From positions 32,001 to 96,000 of the forward strand of contig CAWJSJ010000002.1 of the NCBI GenBank assembly GCA_963845565.1: a stretch of 64,000 nucleotides of DNA, read 5' to 3'. Origin of the DNA: an uncultured Methylomirabilota bacterium (lineage in GTDB: Bacteria; Methylomirabilota; Methylomirabilia; Methylomirabilales; 2-02-FULL-66-22). Below, one piece after another: positions 1 to 8,817 of the stretch. How positions within the stretch are numbered: position 1 is the stretch's first letter; each line of letters begins with the position of its first letter. Below the pieces are notes generated by a model. It saw nothing but the letters and a program-made list of their open reading frames with translations. It searched no databases and was not told the DNA's origin. The translations under genes were made by a program, and so were the position numbers.

Positions 1-2
1 GG

Positions 3-687
3 GGGCCGGTTCTCCAGGTGGTGCTCCACCGGGAGTACGAGGACGGCGGCTTCACCAACGAGATGAAGACCGCCGGGCGCATGACCATCCTGGACGGGGT
101 GAACCAGCACGGGGTATCCCTCACCTGCAGCGGCCAGTGGTCGCCCAGGGTCCGAGTGGACGTGTCCCGGGCCGGCTCCGCCTGGCTGCTGCTGAACCTC
201 CAGCCCATTCTGCGCTACGCGAAGAGCGCGGAGGAGGCGGTGCGAATGATCGAGGAGCAGCCGCGGGCCAGCGGGATGAATGTCCTGGTCGCCGATCCCG
301 AGAGGGCCTTTGCCGCTGGAGGTGACGGACAAGGTGGTGCGGGTCCACGAGCCTGAGAACGGCATTCTCGTCCGGACCAACCACTTCTTCGCGCCCGACC
401 TCCAGGAGATCGCCCCGACCCGGGAGGAGTACCGCGGCACCTACGACCGGCACGCCAGGGCGAGCCAGATGGCCCGGGAGCGCCATGGGAGCATCGGCGC
501 CCACGACATCCTGCGCATCCTCAGCGACCACTCGGAGCTGCCGGTGGAGAGCATCTGCCGGCACGGCCTGGAGGGCCAGTCGAGAACCTGGGGCGCCACC
601 ATCAACTGCCCCCAGGATCGCACCATGTCGGTGATCCTCGGCAACCCCTGCGAACAGATCCAGGCTGTGGGATGCCCGGGGGAGTAG
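3..687 (+). CDS. C45-family (acyl-CoA:6-APA acyltransferase-like Ntn hydrolase), 5'-truncated by window edge, frameshifted near 312-316
   Basis: ORF 18-356 (LDGVNQHGVS, GMNVLVAD) continues in ORF 280-687 (LEVTD, LVRTNHF, ILSDH, SICRH). Removing one base in GCCGCTG restores AFALEVTD. Confidence 0.7.
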
Positions 688-711
688 GGAGCATGGAATG
701 GAGTAGTCGCC

Positions 712-1368
712 ATGACTGACGAACTCGTTGAGCGCTTCCGGACTATTCCCCCCGCCACCATTGGCCACGTACTCGCCGAGGGCTTCATGGACACGGCCCT
801 GCGGCCCATCTTCGGGCCGGTCAGCATCGTGGGCCGCGCCGTGACCGTGCGGATGCCCCGGGGCGACAGCGCCCTGACCCGGCCCGCCATCCGGGCGCTC
901 CAGCCCGGGGATGTCTTGGTGATCGCCCAGGGCGGGGACACCCAGGTGGCCAACTGGGGCGAGATGACCTCGCTGGGAGCCAAGATGCGCGGGGCAACCG
1001 GCGTCATTCTCGATGGATCGGTCACCGACGTGGTGGAGATCCGACAGCAGGGGATGCCCACCTTCGCCCGCTCCATTTCCGCCCGGGTGGGACGGCGGTT
1101 GGGGCTGCCGGGTGGCGCCATCAATGAGCCGGTGGAGTGCGGGGGTGTCCTGGTCCGCCCAGGGGACTTGGTGCTCGCCGACGATAACGGGATCGTGGTC
1201 ATGTCGTCCCAAGTAGCGGAGGAGATCTACTCCGCCGCACGCAAGGCGGAGGATCGCTCCCCCCTCGTGCGGCAATGGCTCCAGAGCGGCGGGGACCTGG
1301 CGGAGGCCTCCGGCAAGGACCCTGCCGAGCTGGTGGACCTGTTGCGTCAGCGGAATTGCGTCAGGTGA
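712..1368 (+). CDS. RraA-family protein (HMG/CHA aldolase-like)
   Basis: GRAVTV, PGDVLVI, ANWGEM, DGSVTD and VLVRPGDLVLADDNGIVV motifs; RBS GGAG. Confidence 0.85.
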   Translation: MTDELVERFRTIPPATIGHVLAEGFMDTALRPIFGPVSIVGRAVTVRMPRGDSALTRPAIRALQPGDVLVIAQGGDTQVANWGEMTSLGAKMRGATGVILDGSVTDVVEIRQQGMPTFARSISARVGRRLGLPGGAINEPVECGGVLVRPGDLVLADDNGIVVMSSQVAEEIYSAARKAEDRSPLVRQWLQSGGDLAEASGKDPAELVDLLRQRNCVR

Positions 1369-1473
1369 GGTCGTGACGGTCGTTCGCGACCCCGCCGTCC
1401 GCCAGCCCCTCGGCGATCGTCGGCGCAATGCGAAGCGCGCCGGCGAATCCGGTTGCCGACGACAGGAGAACTC

Positions 1474-2514
1474 ATGGGGATGAAAGACACGAAGCTCGTC
1501 CTTCTGATTACCAGCTATCTCGAGCCGGAACACGTCGACCGCATCCGCCAGGTCGATGAGCGCCTGGAGGTGATCTACGAGCCACAACTGATGAGGCCAC
1601 CCAGGTACGCGGCCGACCACAACGGCGACCCCACATTTCAGCGCACTCCGGAGCAAGAACAGCGCTGGCGGGGACTGCTCGCCCGCGCGGATATCCTCTT
1701 TGACATCGACCCGACGCACCGCCCGGACCTTCCGGACCGTGCTCCCAATGCCCGCTGGGTCCAGGCGACCAGCTCCGGGATCGGCGAGCTGATCAAGAGG
1801 AACTGCTACGACACGCGGATGCCGACGACCGTGTTCACCACGGCCAGCGGCGTGCACGGCAGACCGCTGGCCGAGTTCGTGGTGATGGCGATGCTGATGC
1901 ACTACAAGGGGGCGCTTCGCATGCTCGAGGCGCAACGGCGCACACACTGGGAGCGCTACGCAGGCACCGACCTGGAAGGGCGCACCCTGGCCATTGTGGG
2001 TCTGGGGCGGGTCGGCAAGACGATCGCGAACACGTGCCGGGCGCTGGGCATGAGTGTCATCGGCACCGCCCACAGACCCGCACCCGACGTCGTGGATCGC
2101 TACTACGAGCCCAGCCACCTCCATGCGATGCTGCCGCGGGCGGATGTCCTTGTGCTGATCGTGCCCCATACGCCCCAGACGGAAAAAATGATAGGGGCCA
2201 GAGAGCTGGCGCTCTTGCCGCGCGGCGCGTATTTCATCAACATCGCGCGTGGCGCCGTCGTCGACGAATCCGCCCTCGTCGAGGCGCTGCGCTCCGGCCA
2301 CCTCGCCGGTGCCGCCCTGGACGTCTTTGCCGACGAGCCGCTCCCTTCCCACAGCCCCCTGTGGGAGATGCCCACGGTCGTGGTCAGCCCGCATTCGGCC
2401 AGCACCAGCGACCGGGAGAACCGGCGGATCACGGATCTCTTCTGTGACAATCTGCGCCGCTATCTGGCTGGACAGGAGCTGCGAAACGTCCTGAATCCGC
2501 ACCGCATGTATTAA
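1474..2514 (+). CDS. D-2-hydroxyacid dehydrogenase family protein
   Basis: GLGRVG Rossmann motif, INIARG, LDVFADEPL, SPHSAS; RBS AGGAG before ATG 1474. Confidence 0.9.
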   Translation: MGMKDTKLVLLITSYLEPEHVDRIRQVDERLEVIYEPQLMRPPRYAADHNGDPTFQRTPEQEQRWRGLLARADILFDIDPTHRPDLPDRAPNARWVQATSSGIGELIKRNCYDTRMPTTVFTTASGVHGRPLAEFVVMAMLMHYKGALRMLEAQRRTHWERYAGTDLEGRTLAIVGLGRVGKTIANTCRALGMSVIGTAHRPAPDVVDRYYEPSHLHAMLPRADVLVLIVPHTPQTEKMIGARELALLPRGAYFINIARGAVVDESALVEALRSGHLAGAALDVFADEPLPSHSPLWEMPTVVVSPHSASTSDRENRRITDLFCDNLRRYLAGQELRNVLNPHRMY

Positions 2515-2566
2515 GGGCGTCGTGGGTGGTGGTCCGGCCAAAGGTAACATCACCGAAGGAGGTCCC

Positions 2567-3376
2567 ATGAACAAACATCTGCTGTCCCGGTTGACCTGGG
2601 TCGAGGCCCGCGAGGCAGCGGCCCAAAAACGCGTCATGATCCTGCCGGTCGGAACGACCGAGAATCAGAGCCTGCATAATCTGCTCGGCTACGACCACAT
2701 CGTCGCCGAACGCCTCGGCGAGGCCGTGGCCCAGCGCACGGGCAGTCTCCTGGCCCCGACGATCCCCTATGGATGCTCCCAGATGTTCCGCGACTACCCC
2801 GGCACGGTGGTGTGGGGCTTTGACACCCTCGCGGCCGCCTTGCGTGACACGATCGGAAGTTTTCTGCGGCACGGCTTCACCCACGTTCTGCTTCTCAACA
2901 ACCACTTCCCCAACGAGCCGGCGGTCGAGGTGGTGGCCCGGGAGTTGCGAGCCATGGACGGGGCACTCATCGCCTCCATCATCCCGCATAAACTGGCCCG
3001 GGACCTGAGCAAGGACTTGTATGTCGGTCACCCGGACGCGGTTGTCCACGGCAGCGACCCGGGAACGTCGCTCATGCTCTACCTGGTCGGCGAGGACATG
3101 CGGATGGACGCCGTCCAAAAGGTCAAGACCCTCACGCTTCAGGGGCTGACCCCCGAGACGCCCAACAGCGTTAAGTTCCAGGACAGCACGGTCAACATCT
3201 ACATGGACATGCAGGACATGCATCCATATGGCGGCACGGGGGACGCCCTCTTTGCCTCCGCGGACAAGGGGGAGACGATCTTCAATCGCATGGTGGATTT
3301 CGTGGCCGCGTTCGTGGAGAAGTTCAAGACCATGGACCCGCGGGCCAAGACGACCGTCACTGATCAGCTTTCCTGA
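2567..3376 (+). CDS. Creatininase-family amidohydrolase (divergent active site)
   Basis: LTWVE, ILPVGTTENQSLH..GYD, PTIPYGCS..F..YPGT, GGTGD..ASADKGE; RBS AAGGAGG. Confidence 0.85.
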   Translation: MNKHLLSRLTWVEAREAAAQKRVMILPVGTTENQSLHNLLGYDHIVAERLGEAVAQRTGSLLAPTIPYGCSQMFRDYPGTVVWGFDTLAAALRDTIGSFLRHGFTHVLLLNNHFPNEPAVEVVARELRAMDGALIASIIPHKLARDLSKDLYVGHPDAVVHGSDPGTSLMLYLVGEDMRMDAVQKVKTLTLQGLTPETPNSVKFQDSTVNIYMDMQDMHPYGGTGDALFASADKGETIFNRMVDFVAAFVEKFKTMDPRAKTTVTDQLS

Positions 3377-3390
3377 TCGAGGAGGATTCC

Positions 3391-4404
3391 ATGCCACCGC
3401 ACACGCTTCCGGCATTCTTGAAGGCTGCCGTGGTGATCGACGGCTCGTTATCCGGGGTCTCGTCCATGCCGTTCCTGCAGGAATTGATTGACGGTGGATT
3501 CCACGCCGCCAACTGGACGGTGGCCGGCGGGTACGGCGACGGCACGTTGAGCACGTTGGCCAAGATCGCCGAGCGATACTCCTTGATGGAGCAGCATTCC
3601 GACAAGCTTCTGTTGGTGGAGCGCACGGCGGACATCGAGCGGGCCAAGCGCGAGGGGAAACTCGGCGTGATCCTGGGCTTCCAGGGGATCGAGACGCTGG
3701 AGGGGCGTTTCCATCTTCTCGCCATCTACCACAAGCTCGGCGTCCGGGTCGTCGGCCTCACGTACAACAACCGGAACGTGGTCGGCTCCGGCTGCCTGGA
3801 GCCGGACGACGGCCGCCTGACGCGCTTCGGAATCGAGGTTGTCCGCGAGATGAACCGACTGGGAATCCTGGTGGATCTCACGCACGTCGGAAACCGGACC
3901 AGCCTGGAGGCCGCCGCAGCCTCCTCCGCGCCCGTCGTCTTCTCCCACTCCAACGCCAAGGCCGTCCGCGACAACCCGCGCAATCTGACCGACGAGCAGA
4001 TCAAGGCCTGCGCGGCCACGGGGGGCGTGGTCGGCATCGCGACCTTCGCCGACTTCGTGGGCGACACGGCGGGCGGGCGGCGTCCCACGCTGGACGAGTA
4101 TTTCCGGCATATCGATCACGTGGCCCAGCTCGTCGGCCTAGATCACGTGGGCATTGGGACCGACATTTTCGCCGACCCCACCCACGGAACCTGGTGGAAC
4201 AGCAACACCCGGATGCGCTACCCCGAGATCTGTGGCGGCATGACCTACGAGACGCACGGCCTCGCCGGCTTCGAGCACCACACCGAGTTCGGCGCCGTGG
4301 TGGAAGCCATGATCGCGCACGGCTATTCGGAGAGTGACATTCGCAAGATCGCAGGCGAGAATTGGATGCGGGTGTTCCGGAAGGCCTGGGGGGCAGGCTG
4401 CTGA
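3391..4404 (+). CDS. Membrane dipeptidase (peptidase M19) family
   Basis: GLTYNNRN, EMNRLGILVDLTH, VFSHSN, RNLTDEQIKA, HVGIGTD, GENWMRV. Confidence 0.9.
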   Translation: MPPHTLPAFLKAAVVIDGSLSGVSSMPFLQELIDGGFHAANWTVAGGYGDGTLSTLAKIAERYSLMEQHSDKLLLVERTADIERAKREGKLGVILGFQGIETLEGRFHLLAIYHKLGVRVVGLTYNNRNVVGSGCLEPDDGRLTRFGIEVVREMNRLGILVDLTHVGNRTSLEAAAASSAPVVFSHSNAKAVRDNPRNLTDEQIKACAATGGVVGIATFADFVGDTAGGRRPTLDEYFRHIDHVAQLVGLDHVGIGTDIFADPTHGTWWNSNTRMRYPEICGGMTYETHGLAGFEHHTEFGAVVEAMIAHGYSESDIRKIAGENWMRVFRKAWGAGC

Positions 4405-4554
4405 AAACGGCCCATCTGTCCGCCTCAGACGGATTGGCCTGCTTAGGCGCTCGTTGCGGCGTACCTGGAGTACGCCTCACTCGGCCTTGCGCGTCCCGCC
4501 TTGCATCTGGACCTTTTTGAGCAGCCTGAGAGAAAGCGGGTTTTTCAGTAGCCT
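4395..4554. mobile_element. MITE-like element copy 1 (terminal IR AGGCTGCT(G/C)AAAA)
   Basis: AGGCTGCTGAAAA at 4395 and TTTTTGAGCAGCCT ending 4527, plus an extra end TTTTTCAGTAGCCT ending 4554. Its reverse complement aligns with 59426-59568. Confidence 0.75.
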
Positions 4555-4575
4555 TTCGAAGGAGGAGGAACGAGC

Positions 4576-6105
4576 ATGGCGAAGCGACTGCTGTTGGTGC
4601 TGCTGGCGGTGGTTCTGCTGATACCCGTCCTGACCGAGGCCGGGGCGCCCAAGGCGGGGGGCACGCTGAAGTACGCAATGCTTCGCGACCCTACCGGCTG
4701 GGATCCTCACATCAACCAGGGCCAGACCACATATACCTTCATGGTCAGCATTTACGAGCCCCTGATCCGCTATTCGCTCAAGGGAACGCTCGAGCCGGCG
4801 CTAGCGGTCAAGTGGGAGAACCCCGATCCCACCACCTACCTCCTGACCCTGCGGCAGAACGTGAAATTCCACAGCGGGAACCCCTTCACCGCCGAGGACG
4901 TGAAGTTCAGTATCGAGCGCATTCTGGACCCGGCCACCACGGCCACCCGCTCCAAGGAGTTCTCGGTGGTGCAGAGCGTCACGATCGTGAACCCGTCCAC
5001 GGTGAAGATCACTCTGAAGAAACCAGACGCGCCCTTCCTCGAGTTGCTCGCGGCCGCCGAGGCCATGATGGTCGACAAGAAGTGGGCCCAATCCGGCGGC
5101 AATTTCAAGCAGAGTGCCAGCGGGACCGGGCCCTTCAAGCAGGGGCCCTTCGAGGCCGGCGCCCGGTATGTGCTGCTGAAGAATCCCGACTACTGGGAGC
5201 AGCCCTTTCCCTATTTCGACCGGATCGAATACGCCTCCATCCCCAAGGACGAGGTCCGCATGCAGGCCCTGCAGACGGGCAGCGTGGACATGACGGAATA
5301 CATTCCCTGGCAGTACATCAAGACCCTGGAGAAGGACCCGAACGTCCGGGTCCTCGTGGGCCACGACACCTTCAACGTCATCCGCCTCAACCCCAAGCGG
5401 CCCCCCTTCGACAACGTGAAGGTGCGCCAGGCCTTCAACTATCTAATCGATCGCAAAGAGGTCATCGATCTGGCCTGGGGCGGCCTGAGCCGGCCCATGG
5501 AGGCGGCCCTGATCCCCGAGGGCCACTGGGCGTATCCGGGCCTGAAGGTCTGGAACTACGACCTCGCCAAAGCCAAGCGGCTCCTCGCCGAGGCGGGCGT
5601 GAACCCGGCGACCACCAGGATCGTCTTCGACTCGACCACCCTGTCGGTCCACATGGACGACGCCCAGATCATCGTGGGACAACTCCAGAAGGCGGGGTTC
5701 ACACAGGTCGAGTTGAAGCCCATGGACGTCCCCACGCAGCAGAAGAAGCGGGTCAGCGGCGACTACCAGATGTTCATCGACGGCTTCAGCCTCCCTTGGC
5801 CAGATCCGGATTTCTACACCGTCTGGTTCAGCAGCGGCGGTCCCTTGTATGCCAAGTCCACGGGATTCGCGGATGACGCCCTGGACAAGCTCTTGGAAGG
5901 GGGGCGGACGACGCTGGATCCGGCCAAACGCAAGGCCATCTACGCCCAGGTCGAGCAGCGCCTGACCGACTTGGCCCCGTGGGTGTTCCTCCACTGGCGG
6001 CCGATGGGTGAGGCGTTCCGCGCCAACGTCAAGGGGTATACCCGCCTCCCGGGCGCCCTCGGCAGCAAAAGTCTGGGCGGCCTCAAATACGTCTGGAAGG
6101 AGTAG
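4576..6105 (+). CDS. ABC transporter substrate-binding protein, family 5 (DppA/OppA-like)
   Basis: Signal peptide, GGTLKYA, LRQNVKFHSG.PFTAEDVKFS, GTGPFK, PFDNVKVRQA; RBS GGAGGAGG. Confidence 0.92.
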   Translation: MAKRLLLVLLAVVLLIPVLTEAGAPKAGGTLKYAMLRDPTGWDPHINQGQTTYTFMVSIYEPLIRYSLKGTLEPALAVKWENPDPTTYLLTLRQNVKFHSGNPFTAEDVKFSIERILDPATTATRSKEFSVVQSVTIVNPSTVKITLKKPDAPFLELLAAAEAMMVDKKWAQSGGNFKQSASGTGPFKQGPFEAGARYVLLKNPDYWEQPFPYFDRIEYASIPKDEVRMQALQTGSVDMTEYIPWQYIKTLEKDPNVRVLVGHDTFNVIRLNPKRPPFDNVKVRQAFNYLIDRKEVIDLAWGGLSRPMEAALIPEGHWAYPGLKVWNYDLAKAKRLLAEAGVNPATTRIVFDSTTLSVHMDDAQIIVGQLQKAGFTQVELKPMDVPTQQKKRVSGDYQMFIDGFSLPWPDPDFYTVWFSSGGPLYAKSTGFADDALDKLLEGGRTTLDPAKRKAIYAQVEQRLTDLAPWVFLHWRPMGEAFRANVKGYTRLPGALGSKSLGGLKYVWKE

Positions 6106-6109
6106 CGCG

Positions 6110-6916
6110 ATGGCCAAGACAGAAGTCGCCCGGCTGACCTGGCGGGAGGCCCAGGAGGCCTTCCGGAGGAATCCCGTCATTCTGCTGCCGATGGGTAGTG
6201 TCGAGCAGCACGGCCCGCACGTCCCCGTCGGCGACTACCGGTACGCCACGGAGGTGGCCCTTCGCGTGGCCGAACGGACGGGATCCCTCGTCGCCCCCAC
6301 CGTCCCGTGGGGCTACTCGGAGCACTTCCGGCCGTTCCCCGGAACGTTGTCAGTCCGCCCGGACACGCTGACCGTGCTCCTGGAGGATATCTGCGACGGC
6401 TTCCTGCGCTTCGGACTGGACCACCTGCTTTTCATATGCGGCCACAAGGGGAACATGCCGATCCTGGAGCAGGTCGGACGCCGATTGCGCGAGACGCATC
6501 GGCTGCGGGTTGCCACCATGGAGCCCTGGTCGTGGCTGACCCCGGCCTTCCGACGCGAGGCCTACGGGAACGAGAAGGTCTCCATCGGCCACGGCAGCGA
6601 CCCCATGGGCTCCCTCGCCATGGCGCTGTACCCGGAGGATGTTCGCCGGGACCTCCTCGAACTCGGGCAGCCGCCCACCTTTGCCGGCGTGCCGTTCAAG
6701 TCTTCGTCGCACCTGGAAGTCGACGGGGTTCCGGCCTTCCTGTATTTGGACTTCGACGAGGTGACGCCGAATGGCGTGATGGGCGACCCGCGCGTCTCCT
6801 CGCCCGAGGTGGGCAAGAAGATCCTCGACCACGTCGTGCAGATCGGCGCGCGGTTCGTGGAGTTGTTCGCCAAGCTCCCGACGCGGATCGAAGGCGAGGG
6901 ACCGCGCGCGCTGTAG
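6110..6916 (+). CDS. Creatininase-family amidohydrolase
   Basis: LLPMGSVEQHGPH, GYSEHFRPFPGT, CGHKGN, NGVMGDP. Confidence 0.88.
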   Translation: MAKTEVARLTWREAQEAFRRNPVILLPMGSVEQHGPHVPVGDYRYATEVALRVAERTGSLVAPTVPWGYSEHFRPFPGTLSVRPDTLTVLLEDICDGFLRFGLDHLLFICGHKGNMPILEQVGRRLRETHRLRVATMEPWSWLTPAFRREAYGNEKVSIGHGSDPMGSLAMALYPEDVRRDLLELGQPPTFAGVPFKSSSHLEVDGVPAFLYLDFDEVTPNGVMGDPRVSSPEVGKKILDHVVQIGARFVELFAKLPTRIEGEGPRAL

Positions 6917-7013
6917 TGGTCCGTCTTCGGGTGGCGGGGCCGGTTGAAAATCGAGGGTTTGAAGCTTGGCCCTGTGCCCAGGGGGCATTCGCCAATCAGA
7001 TCGGGGTCATTCC

Positions 7014-7967
7014 GTGTGGAAGTACCTGCTGCGCCGCGTGAGCTTCTCGGTCGGACTGCTCTTCGTGGTCGCGACGCTCCTCTTCTTTTCGATCCACCTG
7101 CTGCCGGGGGACCCGGTCCTGCTGATCCTGGGCGGGGACAGCGCCCAGCCCACCCCCGAGCAGATCGCCATGGTCCAGGCCAAGCTCGGCCTGGACCGGC
7201 CGCTCTGGGTCCAGTACGCCATCTGGCTCGGGCGCGTCTGTCGGGGCGACCTGGGTCAATCGTTGGTGGACGACCGGCCGGTGGCGCGCGACCTCGCCAA
7301 CCGGCTACCCCGCACGCTCCAACTGGTGATCCCGGCCACGCTCCTCTCCACCGTTCTGGGGGTCTCCCTCGGCATGTTCGCCGCCAGACGCCGGGGCTGC
7401 CTGGCCGACCCGATCGCCTCTTCCACCGCGCTGCTGGGTTTCTCCATGCCGACCTTCGTCGTCGGCATGCTCCTGGTGGCGCTCTTCTCGATCACCCTGG
7501 GCTGGCTTCCCCCCGCCGGATACGTGCCTGCGGGGGAGGACCTCATGGGGTTCCTACGCCACCTGATTCTTCCCGCGCTGGCCCTCGCGGCGGCCCCAAT
7601 GGCGATCACGATGCGGATGACGCGCAGCAGCTTCCTAGAGCAGGCCTCACTGGACTACGTGCGGACGGCTCGTGCCAAGGGCCTCACGGAACCCATGGTG
7701 GCATGGCATCACGTGCTGCGGAACGCCCTCTTGCCCATCGTCACGGTGGTCGGCCTGCAGATCGGCGGCATGTTCGCGGGCGCGGTGCTGGTGGAGTACA
7801 TCTTCTCCTGGCCTGGTCTGAACACGCTCCTCCTCAATTCGATCAGCACCCGGGACTACCCCATCATCCAGGGTGTCGTCCTCTTAGCGGCCGTGCTCTT
7901 TGTCTTCGTGAACCTCGTCACCGATCTCTGCTATGCCGTTATCAACCCCAGGATCCGTTATGAATAG
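7014..7967 (+). CDS. ABC permease, DppB/OppB type
   Basis: LPGDP, LGLDRPL..QY, GDLGQS, DYVRTARAKG, RNALLP, RDYPIIQG, NPRIR. Confidence 0.92.
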   Translation: MWKYLLRRVSFSVGLLFVVATLLFFSIHLLPGDPVLLILGGDSAQPTPEQIAMVQAKLGLDRPLWVQYAIWLGRVCRGDLGQSLVDDRPVARDLANRLPRTLQLVIPATLLSTVLGVSLGMFAARRRGCLADPIASSTALLGFSMPTFVVGMLLVALFSITLGWLPPAGYVPAGEDLMGFLRHLILPALALAAAPMAITMRMTRSSFLEQASLDYVRTARAKGLTEPMVAWHHVLRNALLPIVTVVGLQIGGMFAGAVLVEYIFSWPGLNTLLLNSISTRDYPIIQGVVLLAAVLFVFVNLVTDLCYAVINPRIRYE

Positions 7968-8817
7968 CCCCTCGGGTCTTCCGTTTCGTGCCTTGCTGCG
8001 GCGCTGGTTCCGCCGCTACGGGCAGATCCTGACCGCGCTCCCCCTCCTCCTGGCACTGGTCGTCTTGGCCCTGGGGGCTCCCCTCCTGCTGGGCCACGAT
8101 CCGAACCGCGTCAATCCGCGCGTCAAGGTCCAGCCGCCCAGCGCCGCCTATCTGCTCGGCACCGACGAATTCGGACGGGACATCCTGAGCCGGCTGGCCC
8201 ACGGGGCCCGGATCACGCTCCTGGTCGCCGTGGCCAGCGTGATCCTGGCGGCGGTAGGCGGCACGCTCCTCGGCACCGTGGCGGCGTATGCGGGCCGGGG
8301 GGCCGAGACGGTCATCATGCGGACGATGGATGGCATGCTCTGCTTCCCGCCGATCCTGCTGGGGATCTTCGTCGTGACCTTCCTGGGGCCGTCGCTCCTC
8401 AACCTCATCCTGATCATCGGCGGGTTGTACATTCCCCGCTTCACCCGGGTCGTGCACAGCAGCACGTTGGCCATTCGCGATCTGGAGTATGTCGAGAGTG
8501 CCCGAGCGCTCGGCGCCTCTTCGCTGCGCATCATCGCGCGGGCCATCTTGCCCGACATCCTGGCCCCCATCTTCGTCCAGGCCTCCCTCGCCGCCGGCCA
8601 CGCTATCCTGATGGAGTCCGGCCTCAGCTTCCTGGGTCTGGGCCCGCCCCCGCCCACCCCGTCCTGGGGCCGCATGGTGGAGCAGTCCGGCCGGTTCATG
8701 CAGCTGAGCATCCTGCCGATCATCTGGCCGTCGGCCGCCATCTCCGTGACCGTCCTCGCCTTCAACCTGCTGGGCGACGGCTTGCGGGACTACCTCGACC
8801 CGCGCTTGCGGAACTGA
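7960..8817 (+). CDS. ABC permease, DppC/OppC type
   Basis: LLGTDEFGRDILSR, EYVESARALGAS, ESGLSFLGLG, FNLLGDGLRD.LDPR. Confidence 0.92.
   Translation: MNSPSGLPFRALLRRWFRRYGQILTALPLLLALVVLALGAPLLLGHDPNRVNPRVKVQPPSAAYLLGTDEFGRDILSRLAHGARITLLVAVASVILAAVGGTLLGTVAAYAGRGAETVIMRTMDGMLCFPPILLGIFVVTFLGPSLLNLILIIGGLYIPRFTRVVHSSTLAIRDLEYVESARALGASSLRIIARAILPDILAPIFVQASLAAGHAILMESGLSFLGLGPPPPTPSWGRMVEQSGRFMQLSILPIIWPSAAISVTVLAFNLLGDGLRDYLDPRLRN

Noticed and set aside
121..2637. 838-aa minus-strand ORF and other long antisense ORFs (e.g. 22227-24650, 14896-16785, 8897-10969)
   Set aside because: Shadows of real opposite-strand genes in high-GC DNA; no recognisable motifs.
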